From: Nitrospirota bacterium
GTDB lineage: Bacteria; Nitrospirota; UBA9217
Assembly: GCA_963790205.1 (NCBI GenBank)
Contig: CAWBNQ010000010.1
Location: 32,001 to 96,000 of the forward strand
Reading direction: 5' to 3'
Length of the DNA stretch: 64,000 nucleotides
Of this stretch, positions 9,858 to 20,421 are shown piece after piece. The notes under the pieces were generated by a model, which made no database searches, had not been told where the DNA came from, and worked only from the letters and a program-made list of their open reading frames with translations. Position 1 is the first letter of the stretch. Each line of letters opens with the position of its first letter. The translations under genes were made by a program, and so were the position numbers.

Positions 9858-12026
9858 TTACCCCTGCCTCACCGGCAATTCAATAAGAAACCGGGCACCC
9901 TTCGGCGCATTTTGCTCCACGCGGATGACTCCGCTGTGGTCCTTGATGATCCGAAGCACGATAGCGAGTCCCAGTCCGCTCTTTTTTTTCTTCCGGGAAA
10001 AATCGGGCTGAAACAGGCGCGGGAGGTCCTCTGCCGCTATCCCCGGCCCTTCATCGGCGACCTCTATCTGCGCCATGCCGCCCGGGGTCATCCGCGCCGC
10101 CACCCGGATCCTGCCCTTGCCGCCCATGGCCTCGACGGCATTCTCGAAGAGATTGATGAAGACCCGCTTCATCTGCTCATGGTCGAGGACCACGTCGGGC
10201 ATGCCGGACGCAATCTCCTTCACCACGGAGATGTCCTTGTGCGCTCCGGCGTACAGGTTGATCACGCTCTCGATCACCGGCGCCAGCTGCTGCGGGACCG
10301 GGTTGGAACCGGGCATGCGCGCGAAATCCGCGAATTCGTCGACGAGCTTTCGCAGGCCGTCCGCCTCCTCCACGATCGTCCTGCTGCATTCGTCGAAAAC
10401 GGCTTCAAAATCGGGCGCCCCTTCCGCGTGCTTTTTGCGCAGCCGCTCCGCGGAAAGCTTGATCGGCGTGAGGGGGTTTTTGAATTCGTGGGCGATCCTC
10501 CGCGCCACGTCCTGCCAGGTCTCGGCCTTCTTGGCCCGGATCAGCTCGGTCAGATCATCAAAGGTCACCACCGAGCCGATGGCCGTCCCGCTGCCGTCCC
10601 TGAGCGCGGAGACGCGCATCCGGAGCGTCAGGACCCTGCCGCGCACGTTGAGCGCCACTTCCTCCTCGGCCCGGCCGTGCCCTTCCTCAAGCCTTCGGAA
10701 CAAATCACGGATCGGTCCGAGCTCGATGAACCCGAAGGCCTCATCGTACCGCTTATTGAGCACATCGCCTTCGTTCACCGCGAGGATTTCCGACGCCGCC
10801 CGGTTGATGGTCGTGATCTTGCCGGAGCGGTCCATGGACACCACGCCGGTGTCGACGTTGGAGAGGATCGTCTGCTTGTAGGAGACCTCCTGTTCGAGCT
10901 GCTCCCGGGAATGCTTGAGGTCGCGCGTCATTTTGTTGAACGAATCGATGAGCACGCCGACCTCGTCCCCGGTCTTTTCATCGATGTGATAATCGAACCT
11001 GCCCGCGGCAACGGCCGCCGTTCCCTCGGCCAGCTTGCGGATCGGCACGGTGATGCCCGCCGCCACGCGAAGCGCCACCCAGATCGCCGCCAGGAGGAGC
11101 GCGAGGGTGACCGTCAGGAACGCCAAGCCGGTAGGACAGCTTGATCGGCTCATCGCCCCTGAGCGATGACCGGTACTGGGCATATCCCGTGCGGATCTCG
11201 TTGACTTTCGCCGAGAGGCTTTGGGGGACGTAATAGCTCACGGCAACGGCGGCAATGACCTCTTTGTCCTCAAGCGATGCATAGACCGGGACCACGGTCC
11301 TCACGATCTCGCCTTTTTTCCCGAGGTCCAGGACCATGACCGCCTCCTCGGCCGCAAAGGCCCTGGCCGCGAGCTCGGATGACGTGGCGACAAAGGTCCT
11401 GGCCGGGAACTTTCCGGTAACAACGGTGATCGTCCGTTCACGGGGCGCGACAAAAAGCTCTATTGAACCGAGCCCGTACTCGGCCGCCTTTTTTGCGAGG
11501 TAATCTTTGAGCACCGGGTTCTCAAAACGGGAAAGAAGACGCTCCTCGGTCAGTCTGCCGGCTGATCTGCCGGCTGAAGTCAAAGGCCTGTTCGTGCAGC
11601 CGGTCGTAATAGGCCTGTGTTACGGCTGACCGAGTCCTGGAGCGAGTTCTCTATCTTGAGGCTGAAGAGCCGGTCCATGCTCCTGGTGAACATGCCGGTG
11701 CCGATCACGAAAAGCAGTATGGGAGGAATAAACGAGAAGCTGACGAAGGCAGCCACCAGCTTGGTCCTGAACTTCGCCCCGAGCACGCCGTGCTTGCGCT
11801 CGATCGACAGCTTCCACAGGCTCCGCGCCATCATGAAGATGACCGCGGCGAGGAGCAGGAAGTTCGCGTTGATCAGGATGATGATGAGGATGTTGTCCGA
11901 AAGCGGGCCTTCAAACCCCCGGTACTTGATCTGAAGGACCACGGCGAGCGCCGTCAGGACCATGACCCCGAGGAGGTACAGCACGCCCCGCAGTCCCGAT
12001 TGTCCGTCTTTCCTGTCGGTCATCAT
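9858..12026 (-). pseudogene. ntrY: NtrY-like HAMP/PAS sensor histidine kinase, split by three +1 frameshifts (probably sequencing errors)
   Basis: N-terminal TMs with GAKFRTKLVAAF, HAMP, PAS, WQDVARRIAHEFKNPLTPIKLSAERL, G-boxes; first and last ORFs share a frame. Confidence 0.8.
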
Positions 12027-12086
12027 GGTAAGGGCAGAATACCAAAAACACCCGTCAAAAGCAAGGTTTGCTTTCGTTTAATTCTC

Positions 12087-12116
12087 TTGACAAACAAGAG
12101 CTTTCTCGGCTATCTT
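12087..12116 (+). promoter_or_regulatory. putative sigma70 promoter for the LysM gene
   Basis: TTGACA-18 bp-TATCTT. Confidence 0.4.
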
Positions 12117-12329
12117 TAGGTACACGAACCGCCGCATCACCCTTCACGAACAAGAGCGTGGCAGCGCAAATCAGAAGGAACACTGCGCCGCCCGGCTGCT
12201 GCGGAAGAATGGCAAACCGTGAACGTCATCGTCAGCCGGCCGAAATTCGCGCCCGAGCCAATGACTGGAGAGCGCAGGATCAAGCATTAACCGGCTGTAC
12301 AAGTCCATACAGAGAGTCAGGAGGCAGGA

Positions 12330-13604
12330 ATGACCACCAGGTCGCTAACCCTCGTCCAGGCAGTATTCATAGCCCTTCTCATTTCACTCGTACCCCCCGC
12401 AGCATGGTCCCAGCAGCAAGAACAGCCCGGTATGCCGCCGCAGGAGACAACCGCCGGAGAACCGTCTCAGGAGACGCCGGCCGGGACAGCTCCGGAGCAG
12501 CACCAGGGCGCTGCGATCATTCCCGGACAGGGGAACAACGCTCCCGAAAAGGCCGGGGCCACGCCGCAGCAAGCACCGCCAAAAAAAGAAGGCGGAAGCT
12601 ACACGATCAAGCAGGGTGACACGCTCTGGGACATTTCAAATGCTTTTTTGAAGGACCCGTTCCTGTGGCCCTTCATCTGGAAGGCCAACCAGTATATAAC
12701 CAACCCGGACCTTATCTATCCCGGCAACAAGCTTGCAATTCCGAGCCTCGCGCCGATCGAGCGGGCCTTGCAAACGCCGGCCGTGCCGCAAGAACAACTC
12801 GCCGAAAAGCAGACGACAACAGCGGAGGCGCCTCCTGTTAAACCAAAGGAAGAGAAGCAGGCGGCGGTGAGCAAGCTCATCGTGCCGGAGGAAGCCCCCG
12901 TCCCCATCGTGGACAAGTATTCAATGCTGAGCGCCGGCTTCGTAAACTCGGAAGAAAGCAAGGATGTTATCGTGGGATCGCAGGAAGGCAAGACTATTTT
13001 CGGCTATGACGACATCGTGTACGTCACCATCCACTCGAAAGACGCCTCCATCGGGGACAAGTTCATTATCTACACGAGGCTCAAAAAAGTGAAACATCCC
13101 GTCACGGGGAAGTATTACGGCAGGCTCATTAAAGTCCTCGGTGTTCTCCAGCTTACGGAAAAGGGGGCGCCGGGCACGTATGCCGCGCGGGTTACGCTCT
13201 CCTTCGATACCATTGAAAAAGGCAACCTGCTGACACCCTACCAGGAGCCGACCCTCATCTTCAAAACAGCCCAGGAGAAGCCGAAAGATATTAACGGTTA
13301 TATCCTCGAGGTGAGGGACGGCCGCACTATCAATGCACAGGCAGACATCGTGTATCTGGACAAGGGAAGCACGGACGGGGTCGATCCCGGCGACCGGTTC
13401 ACCATCTATGCCAGACCGCAAAAAAAGATATACCCGAAAGAAGTGATCGGAGAAGCGCAGGTCTTTCTGGTCAAGGAGCACACGGCGACCGCTCTCGTGA
13501 CCAAAAGCGCCAATATCATAGTCAGAGGGGACGAGGTGGAATACAAGAAGCAGCCCGCGTCCGGCGATTCTTCTCCTCCGGAAGAGTCCGTGAAAAACCC
13601 GTAG
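12330..13604 (+). CDS. secreted LysM peptidoglycan-binding protein (TsaP-like)
   Basis: Signal peptide; YTIKQGDTLWDIS..FLKDPFLWPFIW..N..ITNPDLIYPG; C-terminal VYLDKG..DGV.PGD.F. Confidence 0.88.
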   Translation: MTTRSLTLVQAVFIALLISLVPPAAWSQQQEQPGMPPQETTAGEPSQETPAGTAPEQHQGAAIIPGQGNNAPEKAGATPQQAPPKKEGGSYTIKQGDTLWDISNAFLKDPFLWPFIWKANQYITNPDLIYPGNKLAIPSLAPIERALQTPAVPQEQLAEKQTTTAEAPPVKPKEEKQAAVSKLIVPEEAPVPIVDKYSMLSAGFVNSEESKDVIVGSQEGKTIFGYDDIVYVTIHSKDASIGDKFIIYTRLKKVKHPVTGKYYGRLIKVLGVLQLTEKGAPGTYAARVTLSFDTIEKGNLLTPYQEPTLIFKTAQEKPKDINGYILEVRDGRTINAQADIVYLDKGSTDGVDPGDRFTIYARPQKKIYPKEVIGEAQVFLVKEHTATALVTKSANIIVRGDEVEYKKQPASGDSSPPEESVKNP

Positions 13605-13638
13605 TACCAAAACCAGCGGGGATAAAAATACAGAGCAG

Positions 13639-13678
13639 AACAAAAGGCAGCGGCCATTACAGGCCGCTGCCTTTTGTT
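13639..13678. terminator. bidirectional intrinsic terminator
   Basis: AACAAAAGGCAGCGGCC-ATTACA-GGCCGCTGCCTTTTGTT between convergent genes. Confidence 0.85.
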
Positions 13679-13705
13679 GTAGTACGTGAAAAATAAGAAC
13701 TGGCC

Positions 13706-14242
13706 TTACTTCATAAAGAGAAAGAACCCGTTAAAGAAGTACACCAGACCGAAGCACCCTGCCGCCATACCGAGAAACCAGAAAAGCCTTCTCTTCATCA
13801 AAGCCGCAATGGACGAAAGCAGGATGGCGATCTGGAGGAACATGGCCGCCAGGCCGAAGGCGCCGGAATGTTTCTGCGCATCGTCGCGCGTGGCTTCAAG
13901 GGCCTCGGCCTTTTTCTTGATCTCTTCCTTTTCCTTGTCGTATTTCTCGATCTTTTCCCTGTAGGCCGCGATCTTTTTCTCATACTCCGCGGTCACCGCG
14001 CGGGACGCGCCCTTCGCGGCCTTGAGGTCCATCTCGAACTTCTCCTTCTGAAGATCGTAGACGTATCCCTTGATGCTCTTGGCCTGGTAATAGGACCAAT
14101 TGTCGGAAGCCTGCGCCTGGGACATGATCGCCCGCGAACCGAACCCGCCGCCCTTGAGCGTCGAAAGCGTTGCGCATACCGCGAAGATCACCGTGGTGAG
14201 CGCGAGATAATTAAGCCATGGTTCCTTTTTTTCGTCCGCCAT
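13706..14242 (-). CDS. DUF4337-family membrane protein
   Basis: QAQASDNWSYYQAKSIK and FLQIAILLSSIA motifs. Confidence 0.85.
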   Translation of the reverse strand: MADEKKEPWLNYLALTTVIFAVCATLSTLKGGGFGSRAIMSQAQASDNWSYYQAKSIKGYVYDLQKEKFEMDLKAAKGASRAVTAEYEKKIAAYREKIEKYDKEKEEIKKKAEALEATRDDAQKHSGAFGLAAMFLQIAILLSSIAALMKRRLFWFLGMAAGCFGLVYFFNGFFLFMK

Positions 14243-14399
14243 GAAAACCCTCCTGAAGTATGATTTTCCGAGGGCACATACTACCCAAAACCGCGCTCTG
14301 AGTCAAGAGCTTCGTGGGCCGCGCTGCGTTGAAATAAACGGGAAGAAATGATACTATTTTACTAACAAGCTGCCGAAAATTGTTTTTGACTTCTTTGCC

Positions 14400-14577
14400 G
14401 TCATTCCTGCGCACGCGGGAATCCAGGGTTCAATATATATAATAGTGCGTCCAATGGTTCTTTAATTAAGCTGTCACCCTGAACGAAGTGAAGGGTCTTG
14501 CAGCGATCGGGAAACACGAGATTCTTCGCTGTGCTCAGAATGACCACTAAAGGGCTTTATGATGCGGCTACACTAGA
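14400..14577. repeat. REP/MITE-like intergenic palindromes
   Basis: GTCATTCCTGCGCACGCGGGAATCCA and GTCACCCTGAACGAAGTGAAGGGTCT...GAGATTCTTCGCTGTGCTCAGAATGAC; the first type recurs at ~43089. Confidence 0.65.
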
Positions 14578-14600
14578 GTACACTCACAACAGGAGGTATC

Positions 14601-15713
14601 ATGATCATCGGCGTGCCGAAAGAAATAAAGACGGAGGAGTTTCGCGTGGGCATGACCCCCGTGGGCGCGCGCGAACTGGGGTTTGGCGGTCACACGGTCC
14701 TGGTGGAAAAAGCAGCCGGAGAAGGGAGCGGCTTTTCCGATGACGAGTACCAAAAGGCCGGCGCAGAGACAACGACCCGGGAAATCGTCTTTGATCGCGC
14801 CGAGCTTATCGTCAAGGTTAAGGAGCCTGTTCCCCGGGAATATCCCCTGCTGCGTGAGGGTGTCGCCCTTTTCACCTACCTCCACCTCGCTCCGAACCCC
14901 GGCCTCACGAAACAGCTGCTCCGGAAAAAGATAACAGGCCTCGCCTACGAGACCCTGGTGCGGGATGGCAAACTCCCCCTCCTTGCTCCCATGAGCGAGA
15001 TCGCGGGCAGGATGGCGCCTCTCATGGCCGCGTTCTACCTCCAGAAGTTCAAGGGCGGCTCGGGCGTGCTGCCGACCGGCGTCTCGGGCGTACGGCCGGG
15101 AAAGATCGTGGTCCTGGGCGCCGGGGTCGTGGGGACCAACGCCGCCCGCGTGGGGGTGGGGCTCGGCATGGAGACCGTGGTGATCAACAAGGATACCGTA
15201 GGGCTCCAGCGGATCGACGAGCTGTTCAAGGGCCGCGTCAGGACGCTTCCCATGACCGCCCACGCCCTGGAAGAGGAGATCAAATTCGCCGATATCGTGA
15301 TCGGCGCGGTTCTGGTGCCCGGCGGGAGGACGCCTGTTTTGATAACAAGAGCGATGCTCGGGACCATGAAGAAGGGCTCGGTGATCGTGGACGTTGCCGT
15401 GGACCAGGGCGGGTGCGTCGAGACGACCAGGCCGACCACCCATGACGACCCCGTGTTCGTGGTGGACGGCATCGTGCACTACTGCGTGGCCAACATGCCC
15501 GGCGCGTATCCGAGGACGTCAACGATAGCGCTCACGAACGCGACCCTTCCCTATGTCAAGACCATCGCTGAAGAGGGAATTACAAAGGCCGTGCAGGAAG
15601 ACCCCGTCATCAAAAGCGCGCTGAACACGTATCAGGGCAAGATTGTAAACAAGGCCCTGGCTCAGTCGCTGGGGTTTGCGACGATTAAAACTAAGCAGTT
15701 TAAAATGAAATGA
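14601..15713 (+). CDS. ald: alanine dehydrogenase
   Basis: [54 protein letters not shown]. Confidence 0.95.
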   Translation: MIIGVPKEIKTEEFRVGMTPVGARELGFGGHTVLVEKAAGEGSGFSDDEYQKAGAETTTREIVFDRAELIVKVKEPVPREYPLLREGVALFTYLHLAPNPGLTKQLLRKKITGLAYETLVRDGKLPLLAPMSEIAGRMAPLMAAFYLQKFKGGSGVLPTGVSGVRPGKIVVLGAGVVGTNAARVGVGLGMETVVINKDTVGLQRIDELFKGRVRTLPMTAHALEEEIKFADIVIGAVLVPGGRTPVLITRAMLGTMKKGSVIVDVAVDQGGCVETTRPTTHDDPVFVVDGIVHYCVANMPGAYPRTSTIALTNATLPYVKTIAEEGITKAVQEDPVIKSALNTYQGKIVNKALAQSLGFATIKTKQFKMK

Positions 15714-15951
15714 TGAGTACACCTACAAGTTGTTAAAACAGCTAACAACAAATTCTGCGGATTTCCAGTTGTACTTTGCAAAATATTCGAATCGGGAATG
15801 GTATTCGAAACGTGATGAAACTGCGTACCTTAAATAATTTACATGGTGACCTAACTTTGGAGTGTCACCCTATTTCCTCAAATCATTGTTATCATAAACT
15901 GGTCGCTAGGACACTGATAATTTTACCCACTCGATAGGGAGATGACCTATT

Positions 15952-16791
15952 TTAGAAGTTGATTCCTAGGCCGAGTCTGATACCGTAAATGTCCGTTGTG
16001 CTTTTCGGCTCGAAGGCGGTGCCCACAGGCACCCCGCCTTGCGTAAGTACTATTGTGCCGGAAGCCCCGATATTCCATCTCTGGTAGTAGGGCGTACCGA
16101 AAACAAACATATTCATGTTTTCGTCCCTGTACACATTATAATTTATCGGGAACTCGGCGCGAAAGCCGAGGCGGGATTTGATATTGAAGGTGGCGTTGTC
16201 CACCTGCCCGGCAATATTGGTTGTCATTTCGGATTGGAACGGAAAGACCACGGCAGCATCAAAGCCAAGAAGCCACTCGTAATAGCGGTAAGCAAGGTTA
16301 GTTCCCACTGCAACATACCACCAACTGTAGTCTTCCCGGTAATCAGGAAGATTGTTCTCCCCTCTCTTCCAGTCCCGGTACCCGAGTCCGGCATACGGGG
16401 ACAATGTTGCAGTACCGAAATTCAGAGCTTTATACCCGAAGTTTGTCTCAAACTGGGAAAATTCTTCCCTCGTTTTCATCGAGAGAGGGGTCCCGTTTTG
16501 GAGCGCACCGGCATAATTGGCGGAATTCGACATCGTGTAATCGATTATTATGCGCGTGAATGCATCATCGCTGTCATCCCTCAATTCAAGGAATCCGCCG
16601 TTTAACCAGCCCGTGTCCTTATCGATGACGCTACTATTGACGCATTCCTTGTATGATAATGAGCTGCCATCATAGCCAAAAGATAGCGTTGTTCCTGTTT
16701 GGCCGGCTCCCATGACGGGCTCCTCCGCGGCAGATGAAATGCCGCTGTACATCAGACATAATGCTATTGCTAATATGATCTTGATTTTCAT
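15952..16791 (-). CDS. outer-membrane beta-barrel protein
   Basis: Signal peptide, alternating aromatic beta-strands, terminal YGIRLGLGINF (BAM-type Phe). Confidence 0.75.
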   Translation of the reverse strand: MKIKIILAIALCLMYSGISSAAEEPVMGAGQTGTTLSFGYDGSSLSYKECVNSSVIDKDTGWLNGGFLELRDDSDDAFTRIIIDYTMSNSANYAGALQNGTPLSMKTREEFSQFETNFGYKALNFGTATLSPYAGLGYRDWKRGENNLPDYREDYSWWYVAVGTNLAYRYYEWLLGFDAAVVFPFQSEMTTNIAGQVDNATFNIKSRLGFRAEFPINYNVYRDENMNMFVFGTPYYQRWNIGASGTIVLTQGGVPVGTAFEPKSTTDIYGIRLGLGINF

Positions 16792-17672
16792 CTTTGTTAT
16801 TCTCTCTCAGATTATCGAATTACTCGTACTCTGCAATTTCCACAAGTTGAAACTACTACGATTTGCTGGAAGGAACGTTGACTAAAAATTTCAAACGGAA
16901 TTATTCATTTTCTTGGCAATTCTGGCCTGCGAACTGCACATAATGGCTGTGCTGTTCTCCCGTTGCGCGAAAATTTCGCGGTAACTATCTATTGTTTTAT
17001 ATACCCATATGAGACTGTCCTGATTTCAGCTACCCTACCGTTTTTCAGAACAACGATACGAGTAAACTGGTCTGGCCCAAGATTATACGTCCACTCTTCC
17101 ACAGTGATATAAACCTTTTGCTTTGTATCATAGTATATTTCCGGAAGAAATAAACATTGCATATTTCAAATTCAATTTTGTACTTCTGATTAATCCTGGC
17201 CCATATTAGGATCACCAACATACTGTGTAATTGCAATTGGTTGAAACAATCAACAGATACTGAATGAAACATGAAACTGCTAAGGCTGTTATTCTGCGTA
17301 AATATTTTACTCGCGGGCGATGATACTTTTCAGAGTTTTTCGACTTTGTAAATCGATGACTTCAGAGGGAATGACAGAAAGATCACCACATGATCTTTCG
17401 CTACCTCCATCGCATCAATACGTACTCGTATTCTTCGACAATCTCCCTCAAAAAACTCAGCTCCCCGCTAGCGCAAAAAAAACTCGGCAACGGTAGGGCT
17501 GTGGAGTACGTACGGCTTGATGAGAGACTATTCGTTTCTAGCTTTTTTCTCGTGAAGGCCTTTTAATGGGCGACCTCGCATGATCCCGTCCTACGGGGCT
17601 CCGGTAGTGAATGGCTGCGAGACAAGATGGGAAACATTGGAATAGCTCCCCTCGAAAACCCTTAAATTGTTA

Positions 17673-18974
17673 GGCTCTCCCGGGTTTAGCATGGATACAT
17701 GTCTAGCCCGCCGCAGTGAAAGTAAATTGCTGTCTTGAAGTGTTCCTTGTTCCGAAATCCGTAGGCCATCTTTTTGATTGTCTGTATCTTGCTGTTGAGC
17801 CCTTCGCTGACCGCATTCGTTATGCGGTGCTGAAGATAAGTCAGAACGTTAGCAATATGTCTTTTGATCGTTCCTGCTGCGTCAATGATTGGCTTCAACC
17901 TGCTGTGTGTTGCCCAGAAATACCACCGCTTCCAGAATTTCCTCGCTGACTCGGCATAGTTGTAATGCCACAACTTCCGAAACGTCTCCTTGATGGCCCA
18001 CGCGCGTCCTACCTTCAACTCAAGCTTTTGTAATGCGGCAAATTCCCTGCGGCGTTTCTCCGGAACGTTCTCCTTGCTGTACAGCCACAAGTACTTACTC
18101 CCCTTGAGCGTTTCGTCACCTTCTTTCATCCGCTGCCGATGTTCCTGCTTTCGTACCGTGTCTACCGCTTTCCCGAGGTAGCCCATAATGTGGAACCGGT
18201 CGAAAACGATCTTGCTCTCGGCACCAGGCACATGGGCACGCGTCGCCTCAAGGTAGGGCTCCCACATGTCCATTGCAACCGCCTCGAGGCCTTCTAATTG
18301 CTCCGGCGTCAGACTCTTGTAATAGCTCTCCAGACTGCTCTGTTTGCGGTCATCCTCGATGTGCTCTACCGTGCCTCCGTCTATATCGCTTACCAGCGTC
18401 AGGTATGTATGACCCTTGGCAATGGCTTTCTCATCGACGCCGATCCGGGGAACGACGCGGTCTTGTTTCCGAAGCTTTCCGCGCTCTACGGCGCGTTCCA
18501 TGAGGTTCCATGCTTCGTCCCAGCTTATCCGCAAGATCTTCGTGGCCCCGGTTATATCGCACTCCCGAAGAACATCTATGGCCAACCGCTCAAATAAAAC
18601 CGTGAATCGTGACTTCGGTTCCGCCCAAGGGACCCGAACCTGCAAAATCCCATGCTCTGCACACGTTATGCGGGGAATACGCGCATGCAAGTACGTCTTG
18701 AACTGGCAACTGTCAAGGTGACGCCATAACCGCTCTTCGGCATGATCATAGACCGTCGACTCCTTCGAGCATTCCGGACAAGACCATACTGCGTCCTTCT
18801 CATGTTCCACCCATACATCTACCCGCTGCTGCTTTACATCCAGTTCAACTTGACTGACACTCCAGGGTGACTTCAATCCCAGCAATTGCTGATAAAGTCC
18901 GGTATCCTGCATGATCGCCTCCTCAGGCGACCATCCTATCACATATTTCTACCCACGGGAAAGCCGGAAGAATC
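17673..18974 (-). mobile_element. ISL3-family insertion sequence, copy 2 (1302 bp) with 8-bp target duplication
   Basis: Same IRs as copy 1; AATTGTTA at 17665-17672 and 18975-18982. Confidence 0.95.
17686..18942 (-). CDS. ISL3-family transposase
   Basis: Same protein as copy 1 except KYLWLY (copy 1 KYLWPY). Confidence 0.95.
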   Translation of the reverse strand: MIGWSPEEAIMQDTGLYQQLLGLKSPWSVSQVELDVKQQRVDVWVEHEKDAVWSCPECSKESTVYDHAEERLWRHLDSCQFKTYLHARIPRITCAEHGILQVRVPWAEPKSRFTVLFERLAIDVLRECDITGATKILRISWDEAWNLMERAVERGKLRKQDRVVPRIGVDEKAIAKGHTYLTLVSDIDGGTVEHIEDDRKQSSLESYYKSLTPEQLEGLEAVAMDMWEPYLEATRAHVPGAESKIVFDRFHIMGYLGKAVDTVRKQEHRQRMKEGDETLKGSKYLWLYSKENVPEKRRREFAALQKLELKVGRAWAIKETFRKLWHYNYAESARKFWKRWYFWATHSRLKPIIDAAGTIKRHIANVLTYLQHRITNAVSEGLNSKIQTIKKMAYGFRNKEHFKTAIYFHCGGLDMYPC

Positions 18975-18999
18975 AATTGTTAATCTGAGCGAAGCATCG

Positions 19000-19773
19000 C
19001 TAATATTTAATAATAAAATTCACCCCCAAGCTCTGCGGCTCTGTTGTATGGCCTGTGCGAGGAGTGCCATTTGTACCATCAGTAATGGGTGCTGTCACTG
19101 TAAGCGTACTTTCACCCTTAAGTGCAAGGCCATAATAGGCATATGATCCTGAAGAATCGTGAACTACGTTGGTATTATTTGTAAGGTTGTGATAATGTCC
19201 TTGAAATTGGTCTTGATTGTATGCGCCAAGCATGCCGCTATAGAAGTTCCCCGATGCATCTTGCCCTGCCGCTCTATTTGTCGTTCCCGCGCCTTTTGGG
19301 AAAATACCTCGGAAATCGGGAAGGTTAAAAGTAGTAGAACCGTCCCCCGCGCCGTAGGTCGTGCCGATGACGGTGAACAAATTCGCGTAGGTCGTTCTCG
19401 ACACCGCCGCTCCGTCACACAGGAGCCAGCCGGCCGGCGCCGCTTGACCGCCGAACATGGAAATAACCCCCGAAAGCGAGGGAAAGGCTGTGGCCGCGCC
19501 TGTTTGCACGGAACCGTCGGGGAACATGATTCCGCCCGTGGTTGATTGAATGACGCCGTTCACGGTAAGTGGCTGACTTGGCGATGATGTTCCGATGCCG
19601 ACATTGCCATCCACGATCATGCTTCCGTTGATCTCCGCCTTGCCTGCCGGTGTGGACGTGCCAACCCCGAGATTGCCGTTCACGATGAGGTCGCCGTTTG
19701 CCGCATAAAGAATTTCTGCAAAAATTAATATTCCTGCCAATGCTGCAGTTCCCATCAACAGTCTGATTTTCAT
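19000..19773 (-). CDS. secreted tail-fibre-like protein with phage tail-collar domain
   Basis: Signal peptide MKIRLL...LYA; GNVGIGT fibre repeats; collar motif GVISMFGG..APAGWLLCDG.AVSRTTYANLF.VIGTTYG.GDGSTTFNLPDFRG; ends VNFIIKY. Confidence 0.85.
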   Translation of the reverse strand: MKIRLLMGTAALAGILIFAEILYAANGDLIVNGNLGVGTSTPAGKAEINGSMIVDGNVGIGTSSPSQPLTVNGVIQSTTGGIMFPDGSVQTGAATAFPSLSGVISMFGGQAAPAGWLLCDGAAVSRTTYANLFTVIGTTYGAGDGSTTFNLPDFRGIFPKGAGTTNRAAGQDASGNFYSGMLGAYNQDQFQGHYHNLTNNTNVVHDSSGSYAYYGLALKGESTLTVTAPITDGTNGTPRTGHTTEPQSLGVNFIIKY

Positions 19774-19929
19774 TGTCTCCTCCTCAAATTGTGAATTTTT
19801 CAGCGGCATGTTGCGCTGCACTTATTTTCCATAAATATATTTAATGCCAATCGCGATCAGAGAGTGAGGCTTTTCTCTTGACAACGAGCTTTAAAATGGA
19901 TGCCCCCTGGACCTTCAGGGTCTCATTTT

Positions 19930-20415
19930 TCAGGGCTGACCCTTTACGGTCCCTGGCAACTCAATAAGCCGGCATTTTTGCAAAATTTCCAACGCCGCGT
20001 CTCTTGGAACTGAAGTAATGAAATAAACAGGGGTCCCGTAGGTTACAAATAGTCCCGGGCTAGTACTCACAAAACCAGCCCAATAACGAATATAGTATGT
20101 TCTGTCTCCCTGCAAATTAAACGTGTTTTCAACGTACAATTTGGAATTCCGGGAAACTGCAAAATTGTAAGTTCCAGGATCAAGAATCAACAAATGATAT
20201 CCTTTGTTCTGTAGCGGTAAAGCATTCCCTCCATTTATTCTTAAATCTAAGGTCCATACGCTACCAGTGCTACTATTTCGAAAAAAATAAACCACCGCTT
20301 TTCCCTTATGCTCCTCCAACGGAACTTCATGAAACAAGGAACCGGTCGCGACAGAACAACCAATAATACTATTTGCAAAAAAAACAACTATTAATAAAAT
20401 ATGGTTCATCTTCAT
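19930..20415 (-). CDS. DUF2846-like lipoprotein, candidate immunity protein
   Basis: Lipobox IIGC; AVVYFFR...L.NKGY....LDPGTYNF; AT-rich; 6 bp after the RHS stop. Confidence 0.7.
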   Translation of the reverse strand: MKMNHILLIVVFFANSIIGCSVATGSLFHEVPLEEHKGKAVVYFFRNSSTGSVWTLDLRINGGNALPLQNKGYHLLILDPGTYNFAVSRNSKLYVENTFNLQGDRTYYIRYWAGFVSTSPGLFVTYGTPVYFITSVPRDAALEILQKCRLIELPGTVKGQP

Positions 20416-20421
20416 TTTTCG

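Noticed and set aside
16800..17670. Genes or ncRNA in the AT-rich gap
   Set aside because: Only short stop-riddled frames and no recognisable RNA motif; possibly decayed DNA
5051..18974. Composite transposon formed by the two direct ISL3 copies
   Set aside because: Copy 2 has its own 8-bp duplication on both sides and the enclosed genes are mostly housekeeping, so these are independent insertions
19000..19773. Prophage remnant
   Set aside because: Only a collar domain on a signal-peptide protein; no integrase, capsid, terminase or other tail genes nearby
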